Origin: Octopus sinensis
Taxonomy: Eukaryota
Assembly: GCF_006345805.1 (NCBI RefSeq)
Contig: NC_043000.1
Location: forward strand, 82,460,001-82,524,000
Length of the DNA: 64,000 nucleotides
Direction: 5' to 3'
The notes below the pieces were generated by a model, which worked only from the letters and a program-made list of their open reading frames with translations, did no database searches and was not told the DNA's origin. Each line of letters opens with the position of its first letter. Within the stretch, counting starts at the first letter, position 1. This document shows positions 26,900-39,675 of this stretch, piece by piece. A program made the position numbers and the translations under genes.

Positions 26900-27988
26900 T
26901 TACAAAAATATCAACGCTTAACTGTATACACACACACACACACACGCTGCAACATCGATAGCTGTACACACGCGCACACACGCATATAAACGCAGGCACA
27001 CACAGACACACACACATACACAAAGGCACACACACACACACACTCACACAGAGGAACACACAGAAACAGAGACGCACGCACACAAACACAGAGGCACATA
27101 CACAACATGCACATATACACTGCAACATTGATAGATACACGCACACACGCACACACACACAGACACGCACAGAGGCACGTACACAAATAAACACATTGTC
27201 AGTAGTATCTATACTCACATACACATCCTTAATCCCACATACACGCATTATCACTGTCACAGCTACGTACACACAGATATACGCGCGCACATACTCATAG
27301 TGTCGTAAGCACACACATATACATGCACATCCTACAACTGTCACCTACACACATCATACCGATATCATAATTACACACACAAATATACACTGCCACTACG
27401 CATACAAACACACACATACACACACACACATACACACACATGCACACACACATACATAAACACATACGCACATATGCATAAACACACACACATACACATC
27501 GTTATGCTCACGCTTACGTACAAGATATTGAACATCCATAGGCACACACACAAACACACGCGCACACACCGCATAGACACATACACTCACACACACATAG
27601 ACACACATTCGTACACGCAATATCCATGTCATAGCTACATGCATTATGTAACGGACGTAGCAGGAAACAGAATGTCAGAGTACTAGCTGCGCTCGCACGC
27701 ACACATACACATTAACAGATACATGTACGCACACGCGTTCATAGAACCACATACTCATACAGAGAGAGAGAGGGAGACAGTTACACGTGCACATGTACAC
27801 ATGCACTCACGCACGAGATATCGAACATCTTTGAACACACGAACACAAGACGCCGAAATTCCTTAGAAGCAGTCATATACACATACACATCCACATATAT
27901 ATACATATCCGCACACACGCAAGCATATATTCATGCGCGCACATACATACGCACACATACACACAGGCACACGCACACACACACACAC

Positions 27989-28069
<81 letters not shown>

Positions 28070-29620
28070 ACAGGCACACACACACCCACACGCATACATA
28101 CACACAGGCACACACACACACACGTACACTCACACACACGCAATCTATTTAACATTCTTCAGTAGACAGAAGACGTCCAAGTGATTTGTTGCACACACGC
28201 AAACATACACACATACAGAAGCACATAGGTACATATACATAAACACACACACATACACATCGTTATGCTCACGCTTACGTAAACGATATCGAACATCCAT
28301 AGGCACACACACACACACACACATACGCAAATACACGCATACACACCGCATAGACACATACACTCACACACAAGCTATCGAACATCCATAAACATACACA
28401 CACACACAAACATACATGCTCATAAGCGCACACACGCACACAAACAAACATACACACACGCGCATACACACACACATAAACATAAACACACGCATACATA
28501 CACACAAACTATTTAACATTAGCTGCACACAAAATACATCGAAATCCTTCGTTGTACGCGCGCGCGCATACATTCATGCGCGAGGATACACACTCGCTTA
28601 CATACACACACACAAACACATACAGACACTAGCACACACACGCGTACAGATGCAGACACACACATACACACACACACACACTCGTACACACACACACGTT
28701 CAAGACACACACACGCCGACACGCATAGAAAAAAGCACAGATACATAAACACACAAGACACCGGGGGAACCTGACCTGTACACACACAGACACAAACACG
28801 CACACATACACACGCACACACACATACATATACACACACGCGCGCAAACACACGCGCAAACACAAACACACGCAAACACACACACACGCAAACACACACA
28901 CCAAACAGTCGATAGCTGCAGACATAATACAACAGTTGTATCTACTGCTGCTCACACAATGCATTAGCCGACGCTCTACACATTGTGCAATCAATAGTAC
29001 CAGCTACACATACATATATATACAACATTCAGCAGCGCCATCTATACTCCAACAATGATGGAAAAGTCGACAGCTGCACATGAGCAGCACACATAGCAAC
29101 ACACAAGCGATAGCATTTTCAGCGTTGCACACACATACATAAATGTACAAATATACTCATAAACACATACATGAACTCAGAACGCAACAGCCGACTGTTG
29201 CACACGCACACAAAGCGAAATACAACTGATCAAGCTGCACACTCACAGACAGACAATACAACAGTCTACATGCGCATACATACAGAGTGTTTATAATACT
29301 GCATCCCTAGGTGCATACACATACAGCTATATACACACACACACACATACACGCACAGAGGATGCAACAGTCGACAGCTACAGATACAGACAAACCGTGC
29401 AAAACAACAGTCTTGGCTGTACACACAGACACACATGCAAAATCATGCACACACGTTAATGAAATCAGCAATCCCAAATGCACACACGCACGAGCAATGC
29501 AACAGTCGACAGCTGCACACTCACAAATGCACACATACTCAGCGTAGTTGACAGTCCTAGTTGCCTTCCAACACAGACGCATACGCATATACAAACTGCA
29601 ACAGTCGTAGACAGATGCAC
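26900..29620. repeat. Long degenerate CA-rich tract with internal duplications and a recurrent motif
   Basis: (CA)n mosaics; ~125-bp direct repeat at 27481/28241; recurring CAACAGTCGACAGCTGCAC-like motif. Confidence 0.8.
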
Positions 29621-29703
29621 TAATTTACATTCCTACAATCTGCTGCTGTTCCACATTCTTTTATACCCTCATTCTTTCATTCTATCATATCAAGATTCCG
29701 CTT

Positions 29704-29758
<55 letters not shown>

Positions 29759-30080
29759 TGTTCCTCCTCCTCCTGCTGTTGTGCAATTTCTGTGCCACAC
29801 ATCAGTGCCATGACTACAGATGCACCCGCTGTGATTGCAGCAAGTTGCACATGTCTGAGACACTCTCCTTCAGGTCATTGACTTAATTATAGGAATTTCC
29901 AGTAGTGGTAGTGTTCGTGGTAGTGGTGGAGGTGAAGGTGGTGGTGGTGGTGGTGGTGGTTGGTGGTGGTGGTGGTGGTGGTGGTGGTGGTGGTGGTGGT
30001 GGTGGTGGTAGTAGAGAACTGACTGTGGTGGCTTTAGTGGTGATGATGATTCTAGCAGATGTGGTGGTGGTGGTGATAAT
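29704..30080. repeat. Compound (GTT)n/(GCT)n/(GGT)n triplet repeats
   Basis: Directly visible. Confidence 0.9.
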
Positions 30081-30658
30081 AGTTGCAGTGGTGGTTGAGG
30101 TCAATACCAGTAGAAGTAATTGTCAATAGTATGGGTAGTAGGAGTTGTAGTAACGACAGAATATATGTGCGTGCGTGTGTGTGTGTGCATGTGTGTACAT
30201 GTGTGTGTGTGTGTGTGTGAGCACTTGTGGCTGTATGTGTGTGTGCAGAGAGAGAGAGACAGACAGACAGAGAGGGAGAGGGAGAGGGAGACGGAGACAG
30301 AGCTGATTACCGGATCACAGGAGTATCCCAATCCAACCAAGAGTTGGCCATCATGCACAGTTAGAAGGTAGACCAAGAACCAACCTAGATGAGTTGACAA
30401 CGATATGGTGAGGTTTTCACCTAGCAGCAAATGGAGAGCGGCTGACTGGAATGTAATGGAAATTTTTACATACATATATACAAATATGCATGTATGTGTT
30501 TGTGCGTGTATGTATGTATGCATATACGTACATACATTCACGCACAGGCACATACATGCATACATATATACATACATGCATACATACATACATATATACA
30601 TACATAATACATACATAATACATACATACATACATACATACATACATACATACATACA

Positions 30659-30689
<31 letters not shown>

Positions 30690-30700
30690 TACGTGTGAGT

Positions 30701-30932
30701 GGAGGCGCGTGCCTTAGTGCTTAGGGTGTTGCACTCATGATAGTGATATTACAGTTTGGTTTCTGGGATCGGGTGATGCGATTTATTCTTGAGCAAAACA
30801 CTTCATTTCACGTTGCTCCGGACCAGTCAATAGGAAAAAATAAGTGATCCCTTCGATGGACCGGCGTCTCATCCAGGTGTGTGTGGTGGGGTTTGGAAAC
30901 CAGCCTTATGAGCCTATGGCTCGGAAAGGACT
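30701..30932 (+). mobile_element. tRNA-derived SINE family C
   Basis: A-box-like GGCGCGTGCCTTAGTGC head; GAGCAAAACACTTCATTTCACGTTGCTCC; GATGGACCGGCGTC. Confidence 0.7.
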
Positions 30933-32520
30933 AATACGCATGCATATCCAGATCTGTTAAAGATGTTTAGTAGCATGCTTTCAGTTATTCAGATGAAGCA
31001 TAGAAGAAATAAGTCATCTTCATTCACAGTTTCGGACTTGATGCTACCAGGCCAGTGAGGACAATTGACGCACATGGCAACAATCTGTCATGGTAGGCTA
31101 GGAACCATGATGCAGGACAAACTTCTAGAACAGTGTTTTATTTCCTGGACACACGCCAAGTTAGATGGTACAATGAGATCTGGAGATACCCACTAGCAAT
31201 TTTGGCAATCTGCACTCTCATTCAAGTTCTGTTGACTTGATCGTATTTGCTTGTGAATGGGAGAGTGAGTATGGTATATGCACAGCTCTTTCTCACTGGA
31301 AAATCCTTGCGCTAGGCTAATATGGGCATCCTACGAGTAAGTCTGCATGGTATAGTATTGACAGTTCCTTGACTAAGGGTCAAACAGTATTGCTGTGGTG
31401 GCTGGAGTATTCTGTACATCTGCAGTAATGAAATACAGTAAATTTCGTAGTTTCAAGCAATCGTTGGGTGTACTACAGTTGGAAGTAGTCGCAGTTTCCT
31501 AGCTCTCACTACATAACTGTATTCTTTGTAGAAGTGCTACATAGTCAGTCAAAGTCTTCATTGATTATAATGAAGTTTCAGCCACTAGCAACTATTGATG
31601 GCTGAAACTTCATGAAGACACAAACAGTAGACTTTTCATTGTGACAGTGGGAGCTATCTGACATTTGCAGCAATGAAATGCCTCTACTTCCGTAGTTTCA
31701 GGCACATGGATATTGTAGTATAGACGGTAGACCTCCATTGAGATGCCATATGCTTGAAGTCATTCTCTTCTTTGATCACCAACGGATAAACATGATAGCT
31801 TTAGACATCTGTTGTTTTATGGCATTTTGATAATGAACTTTCATTTCAGGAAAGAAAAATGTTTCTTTTTGATGAAGAGGCAACCCCAAACACCAGATAC
31901 TTCTCTTTCCCATAATGTGTGACTTTATACAAACTAACTAGCTTTACTGTATAAAATCTATTCCGGCTTTATTTTTCAGCCAAATAATCTGTTTACCAGG
32001 AGACATTGCAGGTGGACAACTATATAAACTAGTTATTTTCGGAAGCACCACCATACTCGAGAAAATTTGTTCATGAGAGAGTTAGTATATAAACTGAACG
32101 GCAGAGATACTAAATTGAACGACATGCCATTATGAATCACTATACAATAAGTGGATCTTCGTCGCTTTCAATGATGAGTATTTCGGTTGTTCAATCAGCT
32201 GAACCATTTACTCATTGCATTGTAGAGTATGTGGGTGACATACCATACATACATACATAATTCTCAGACAGGAACGGTACAGCATGATGAGTGACAAAAC
32301 TAAACTTTTGACTTATGAGTGCAACTCACCCGACCGGCTTCCACACAGTTTCTGTATCCACAATTTCGTTCAGAAGGGTTAATTCGAACGAGGTTATAAC
32401 AAAAGCACATGCCGTGAGATTGAAACGAGGACTTTGTAGTTCCGAAAGAAACCTCTGAACTACTCGTCTATGAATGCGTCCAAAATAAAGAAAAAACACT
32501 CATTGCTCAGTATACACGCG

Positions 32521-32563
<43 letters not shown>

Positions 32564-34189
32564 AAGCACACATACAAAGCACACACACACACCAATACAT
32601 GCACACCAATACATGCACACTAACACACACACCAACACACACACACGCACCAACACACGCACCAATACACACACATGCACCAACACACACGCATCAACAC
32701 ACATGCACCAACACATGCACAAACACACATGCACAAATACACACAAACACACACCAATACATACACACTAACACACGCACCAACACACACTCACACATCA
32801 ACGCACACACTCCAGCCCTCACACAACTGGGGATGGCAGCTTTTTGTGGCCGGAAATTATGAAGAAGAACGGCGTGCCTACATGCAGAATTGGGGTTATG
32901 ACTGTCAGTACCATCCAACGCCTTTCGTCTCTTCTCCATCACTACAGGACTTTTCATCCTGTTTCTGCTTAGTTTTAAAGTGAAAGTCAGTCTGTGCAAT
33001 CCGATCGCTCTCTTTAGACTTGCCGGTCTGACCACAGTGGCTCAACGGGCTAAGATGTCTGTGATGACCAGCAAGCTGTAGGCTTTTCATTGGAAGGACC
33101 TTCTAGTAGGTTAATTACCTGACAAGGCTGGAGAGCTCCAACTATGTTGAACACGCACAAATGCATGCATATAGCACACAGATATATATACATAGTAGCA
33201 AACGCACCCGTCCTTTGGACGGTTTAAGTTGCTTTATTGGTATTTTTTTCACCAAATAATTGAACTACCGACAAAGTTTATGAGTAGCATAGCAATCTAT
33301 ATTTCCGATTAACCTAGGAACAGAAAACCAAATTGAAGGCTGATTATTGTGGGGATCGTTGCACTTTAATGATCATAGAACATATAAGTTTGCAAGCAAT
33401 GCAAAGTAGAGCTACTGAAGTATTTTTGAGTAGATTACGAATAATAACTACAAAATATAGTTGTTTTACATGAAGGCGAAATTTCTTGTCAGAAACAGCC
33501 GCATGAATGGTGTAAGGAAATTGAAGGAAGACGTTGAAACTTCCCCTCTGCGAGTTTATTTTATTCGACAGCAAAGGGAACAATTTTTTCAGAGAGAAGT
33601 ATAATTGGTACGTTCAAAAATGGCAATATAATACCTACATGAAAAAGTAGAGTTAAAGGAATGTATTCGCTACGTGCTTACAGTGTACGACCACTCTGCA
33701 ATTGACTTCAGGTAACGAAAAATGAAGACATGAAGAGTTTGACTTCAGTTCACGAATACTGTTTTGAATCTTTAGCAGTTTGCGGTGAAAAGATGTCGCA
33801 TTGCAAGGCAGACAAATAATAAATAAAAAAAATGAGAAAACAACTGAAAATTATTCTGTAATGCAAATATACGACCATATAGAATTTTAAAAAAAAGTAT
33901 GGAAAACAGTGGAAATAAATAAATAGACAAAATCCTTTCACTTTTATATTCTCTTACCAAAACACTCAAATGCAAAATACACACCAATACACATAAAAAA
34001 ATATAGAAAGTAATATTACACGTTTACAACATATAAATAATAAATCAAAAAATGTGAAAACCACTAAGAATATTCTTTAATGCCAATATACGACCATATA
34101 GATTTAAAAAGTATGGAAGCCCCTACATACAAAAAAAAACTATGTACATACAATGAATTAGAGAAAAACCAGTGTAGACAAACGTTTTT

Positions 34190-34358
34190 CCCGGTTTGTC
34201 AATCTAAGTGAGAGCTCTGGGGAAAATGTTATAGTACATCACCATCCTTGGGACGTAAGTAATGTGTGTGTAAAGTTTGGTGAAAATCGGTTGAGAATTG
34301 TGGAAATGTATACATTAGTCAATATACACACACATACTGTGATTTATATATACAAGAT
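34190..34358 (+). mobile_element. 3' end of Helitron/Helentron-like non-autonomous element
   Basis: AAGTTTGGTGAAAATCGGTTGAGAA, short (CA)n, TTTATATATACAAGAT terminus. Confidence 0.5.
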
Positions 34359-34490
34359 ATATATGGAAAAAATCAAGCACCAACCATGAATGTACTGTTC
34401 AGACACTGATGCCGGAAATAGCCAACAGGCTTATTAAAAAATAATTACTGATGACAGAAGCAGTATTACTACCAAACAACAAGCTCTAAA

Positions 34491-34808
34491 TCCAACATAA
34501 CGTGGATGTTGTGTTAGAATATCGAATATTGCATTATATACCTTGAGAGAACCTTTCATATGGACACATGGCGCATAAAAGCACTCTTATTTATATCAGT
34601 GTTAGACAACAATCGTCTACTACGAGCGTCGTCTGTATTTGGCTCTATGGGGCTACCAGAGGTTCTTCCACTGAAGAGACGATTGATTCTTCTCTGCCAG
34701 CGATATCGATACATGTGCCTTTATGCACTACGCTTCCATACGAGAGATCCTCTCAAGGTAAATTATGCAGTATTCGGCGCGCTAACAATACATCCACGTT
34801 AAGTTGGA
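34491..34808. mobile_element. Old palindromic MITE-like element
   Basis: 34491-34620 aligns with the reverse complement of 34680-34808, with many substitutions. Confidence 0.7.
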
Positions 34809-34859
34809 TATAAAGATTGCTTAATAGATACTGTGTGGTATTTAAAAGAGAACAAACCG

Positions 34860-34955
<96 letters not shown>

Positions 34956-35200
34956 CAGCAGCAGCAACGGCAGTAGATATAATAAAGAGAGTTGAATGTA
35001 ATTTAAAAGTAATGAGAAACAGAAACAATGATAGATTAGTTTTAATGTCAAAACGAAAATGTGATGCTAGGATGGAGAGGGGTTGGTATAACAGAGTATA
35101 TCGAAGTGGCGATGAAGTGGTGCTGAGTAATAATAGAACGTGTAGGGTGTAGTGATATGATGTTGCGATGGTGATCATATCTGGTTGTATGGTAGTGCAT

Positions 35201-35254
<54 letters not shown>

Positions 35255-35626
35255 GACAGATGTGGAAAGCAGGAAGAATAAGTAGCGATGAGGTGGAGTG
35301 ACACAGTGGGATGGATTAAAATGATGGGGTGGTATGGAAGCGATGTGGCGGTGTGCTAGATTTATGGTATGCGTAGTTGTATATCGGTGTGGTAAAGTTG
35401 TGGAAGTCTCCTGTGATCCTCTGATCTGATTGAAACGTTTGGAGCCAAGTTTTACCTTTTCCCTTTTGTGTTTCGGTCATTAGACTGCAGCAAACACCAG
35501 CACCAGTTGCCAAGTGATTTTTCGGGGACAAACAGTTACAGACTCAAACACACACACACACACACACAAGCACACATGCACACACGCATACATGCACACA
35601 CACACACATATATATGTATGTATGTG

Positions 35627-35670
<44 letters not shown>

Positions 35671-35675
<5 letters not shown>

Positions 35676-36386
35676 TAGGGTAGTGAGTTTTTTTTAGAAA
35701 TTTCACTACCAGTGACCTAGCATGTATAAAATAGACAACATATTCTCAATATGAAATAGTGTACATGTAAACACAAGAGAAAACTGCCTTCAGCAGGCAG
35801 TTTTTAGACACTAGGAAAAGTAGTCAAAACGACCAAAACCACATTTAAGAGCAATCTTCAAAAAGAATGAAAAATAAAAACGTTTAACTTTTATTTTAAT
35901 AGTCAGACCCAAGTTTCAAAATCATTTTAGCAAACAAAATGTGTTTAAATGTACATTATTTTATATTGAGAATATATTGTCTATTGACTTTTTATACATG
36001 CTGGGCCACTGGTAGTGAAATTTCTAAAAAAAACTCACTACCCGATATTTTACGTATATTTAGCAATTTTTTTAAAGGATTAGTTCGGCATTTATTCATT
36101 TACTGCCGACTGAAACTGCGCTTACGCGGTAAATTTCAAAAATTATAATATATAACGATGAGACACGTGTTATTCGTCTCTTAATTATATGTTAGTATTA
36201 TGGCGTGGCTACTGATGAGAGATTCACCTAGCAAATTATTTTATTTGCTAAACAAATTTTGAAACCTAGATCTAACTGTATTAAAATAACAAGGTAAACG
36301 TTTATATTTTCATTCCTTTTGAAAATAGCTCTTAAATGTAGTTTTAGTCGTTTTGACTACTTCTTCTAGCGTGTAAAAACTGCCTG
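35671..36386. repeat. Interleaved inverted repeats A-B-A'-B'
   Basis: A 35671-35774 vs A' 35941-36050; B 35794-35934 vs B' 36244-36386. Confidence 0.8.
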
Positions 36387-36399
36387 TTTCTTCCAATTT

Positions 36400-36540
36400 C
36401 CCCAAACAAATCCACTCACGAGGCTTGATCAGCATGAGACTATGATAGAAGACACTTACCCAAGGTGTCACGCGGTAAGATTGAGTCCGGAACCATGTAG
36501 TTGGGAGGCAAACTTCTAACCACACGGCCACGCCTGCGCC
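36400..36540 (-). mobile_element. SINE family A 5' half
   Basis: AAATCCACTCAC...AAGACACTTACCCAAGGTGTCACGC...CCACACGGCCACGCCTGCGCC. Confidence 0.8.
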
Positions 36541-36549
36541 GGTATCTTT

Positions 36550-37070
36550 TTTTTTCGTTTCACTGGTAACATGAGATGATTATATGTGAGCGTATGATTA
36601 TGATCCAGAACCAAATGCGTCACATCTGTTCTCCATCAGAGAGAAAGTGATGATGACTGCTTTGTTGGTGGCAAGGACCTCACTATCTTAGTCATCTGAA
36701 ACTTGGTTGCCACGTGACCAGCGAGAAGTATACTGAGAAACTGGACAAGCTCAGCGAAGCCTTTATGAGAAAGAGACCGAACAAGAATCTGAAAACAACA
36801 GCTATTTCCCTATGACATTGCATAACCACACATCTCTGGCAACAAATCCGACAACTGACAAATTGAACAGGTTAGTGGTACCCCATAAATCGTACGGTCT
36901 GAATGTGGTACCTTCCGACTTTCACCTGTTCGGTTCGTTGAGGGATATATTCGTAGATAATGATTTTGTTGGCGTAGACGAGGTAAAAGTTACTGTGAAA
37001 ATGAGAGCTCAAGCCCGAATTTGTTTTAAGATAATTCAAAAGTGTTGAGTTTCCCGATGATGCAAAAGCA
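36550..37070 (+). pseudogene. Decayed mariner transposase C-terminal fragment
   Basis: ORF 36812-37048 VVPHKSYGLNVVPSDFHLFGSLRD.F...F...DEVK resembles mariner HPPYSPDLAPSDFHLF; upstream KVMMT-like motif. Confidence 0.75.
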
Positions 37071-37737
37071 TCACTTATGTTGAGTAACTAGTTCCTTTGT
37101 ATAGAGGAAGACATACTTCCTGAGGAACCCACGCGCATGTGCGGGCGCGTGTGTATGTAGGTGTATACACTTTATTTCACGTTGTTCCAATCCCCTCAGC
37201 CGGCAAAAATGAGTAATCCTGTGACAGACGGGCATCTACTACGGTTGGCCCTAAGTATCTATATGACTCAAGAACTATCTTATTTATGCATTTGTGTACA
37301 GCTGAATAGTTAAGAAATTCACTATGCAATCTCGAGGTCCGGGTTTCGTCTCTTCTACGTGACATCTTGAGCAAATGTCATGTCCATATCTTCGGATCAA
37401 CTCGTAACTTGTGATTAAAACAGAGTAGACATAATAGAAGGAAACTAGATAGAGGCCTCTCAGGTGTATTGCACAGCCTTAACTCACACTGTGTCGTTTT
37501 GATTCCACCTGAGAATTATGTTAAGGGTACATATGTGTGAACTGCTCAGCGACTTACACAGATCCTTCTCCTTTTAGCTATCACAACTACAAGCGTCAAA
37601 GGGTGGTAGGGCTGAGAGGGTGTCTGTGTCTGCTCGTGACTACATAGTCAACGAAAACAACTTGCGAAATTATGTTGCAAGCTACCAGGTCATATTCGCT
37701 TGTGAATAACGGCTAAGCTCGCTCTCTCTCTCTCCCT

Positions 37738-37781
<44 letters not shown>

Positions 37782-37790
37782 GGCAGATAA

Positions 37791-37861
<71 letters not shown>

Positions 37862-37869
37862 TTCTTTCA

Positions 37870-38075
37870 CATGTTTCAGTCATTGAACTGCGATCATGCG
37901 ATGCACTGCCTTGAAGTGTTTAATCCAACAATTCGACCCAATTACTTATTCTTTTTAAGTCTGGTATTTATTCTGTAGAACACTTTTGCCGAAACGCAAA
38001 CTTACAGAAAGGTAAACAAACCAACACCGGTTGTCAAGGAGTGTGGGGACAAATACAAAACACTCATATACACAC
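37870..38075 (-). mobile_element. SINE family A 3' half, diverged
   Basis: TTTCAGTCATTGAACTGCG..CATG...CACTGCCTTGAAG...TCGACCCAATTACTTATTC. Confidence 0.65.
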
Positions 38076-38412
38076 AAAGAGGAAGAGAGAAACATTTTCA
38101 TTCACGTCATCAACGTCGTCGTCGTAGTCGTCATCATGATCATCATGAGCGTCTTTGGATGTGGATAACTTGACACCACTGAATGTATGAATGTATAAAA
38201 CCATTTTATACCTTAAAGAACTTTGGTAAGGAATATGTGAGAAAATACGAGGACATGAGCACAGCTGGGCTCTTAGAGTCTTCATTGATGACCAACTTCC
38301 CTCCATCTCTCAGCTACCTTCTGGCATACATCTCTTTACAGTTACTTTTCGAAGCAATCGCTTCGAACGTGGCGACCAACTTTATGAACAATCCAAGATT
38401 ATGCATAAATAT

Positions 38413-38600
38413 TGATTTCAAATTTTGGGTCAAGGCCAGCAAGTTCAGGGGAGGGAATGAGTCGATTACATCGATCCCAGTACTCAACTGGTATTTATTT
38501 TATCAACTCTGAAAGGATGAAGGGCAACGTCAGCCTCGGCGGAATTTCAACTCAAAACATAAAGACGGACGAAATGCGGTTAAGTGTAAATACTAAAGTT
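38413..38600 (-). mobile_element. SINE family B
   Basis: GTCGATTACATCGATCCCAGTACTCAACTGG...GGATGAAGGGCAACGTC..CCTCGGCGGAATTT. Confidence 0.8.
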
Positions 38601-39190
38601 TTTGAATGTTTGCTTAAGTGAACCGTTGCATCACCAACTCAGAGCACCTTCTTGCAATCCCTTGCATTAAATGCTCCGACACTCTTTGAACATGGCCAAC
38701 CGGTCGCAAGGGATGATGTAACACCACTGCGATGGGTCGGCCGTTATTCACGTCATGGTCTTGCCAAGATCATTCTCTGCTTTTTTTGCTTTTTTTTTTT
38801 TGCTCCCCGCCTCGATAGAAGGGTTCCAAACATTTTCTCTTTTCTATAAATTGACTAGTCTTCACATCGGTAAAAAATGTTTGCGATAGTAACTTTTGTG
38901 TGTTGAAACAGATATTGTTATAATTCGAAATGGCATTTTTTTTCTTATCAAATAAACACACGCACTATATATTTAGTAGTCACTTCAGTCTTATCACTAT
39001 TTTAGTTTTTTTACCGAAGTTGGGATAGAAAGTCGCTGAAGCGGTCACAGAATGAGTGAAGCTCTATTTTCCCTTAACGCTTTACTCTAAAGCATAAGTA
39101 TAATGAGTTGTAACAAATGATTATGCCGAAGAGAAATCATAATGTGTGTGTGCGTGTGTGAAAGAGAGAGGAGAGAGAAAGAGACATATC

Positions 39191-39221
<31 letters not shown>

Positions 39222-39222
<1 letters not shown>

Positions 39223-39605
39223 CTTTTACTTGTTTCAGTAGTTTGACTGAGGCCATGCTGGAGCACCACTTTTAGTCGAACAAATCGACCCCAAGACATC
39301 CTTTGTAAGCCAAGAACTTATTCTATCGGTTTCTCATACCAAACCGCTAAGTTACGGGAATATGTAAACACACCAACATCGGTTATCAAGCGATGATGGG
39401 GGGGGGACAAATACAGACACACACACACACACATATTTATAAATATATATGCAACGGGCTTCTTTCAGTTTCCGTCTACCAATTCCACTCACAAGGGTTG
39501 GGTCGCCCCCAGGTTATAGACAATTGCCCAAGTGCCACGCAGTGGGACTGAACCTGGAACCATGTTGGGAGGCAAACTTCTTCCCATACAGCCATGCCTG
39601 CGCCT
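39222..39605 (-). mobile_element. Near full-length SINE family A
   Basis: Reverse complement of the 12704 and 49867 copies. Confidence 0.85.
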
Positions 39606-39612
39606 CTACATG

Positions 39613-39673
<61 letters not shown>

Positions 39674-39675
<2 letters not shown>

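Noticed and set aside
28900-29620. CRISPR interpretation of the motif-spacer array
   Set aside because: Eukaryotic context, degenerate repeats, irregular low-complexity spacers, no cas genes.
34560-34813. Two overlapping plus-strand ORFs with an apparent donor AAG/GTAAAT
   Set aside because: Explained by an old palindromic element.
36212-36285. CTGATGAG...GAAAC hammerhead-like core with a plausible stem II
   Set aside because: Stems I and III do not pair, and the GAAAC side lies in the B' arm of a DNA inverted repeat; likely chance.
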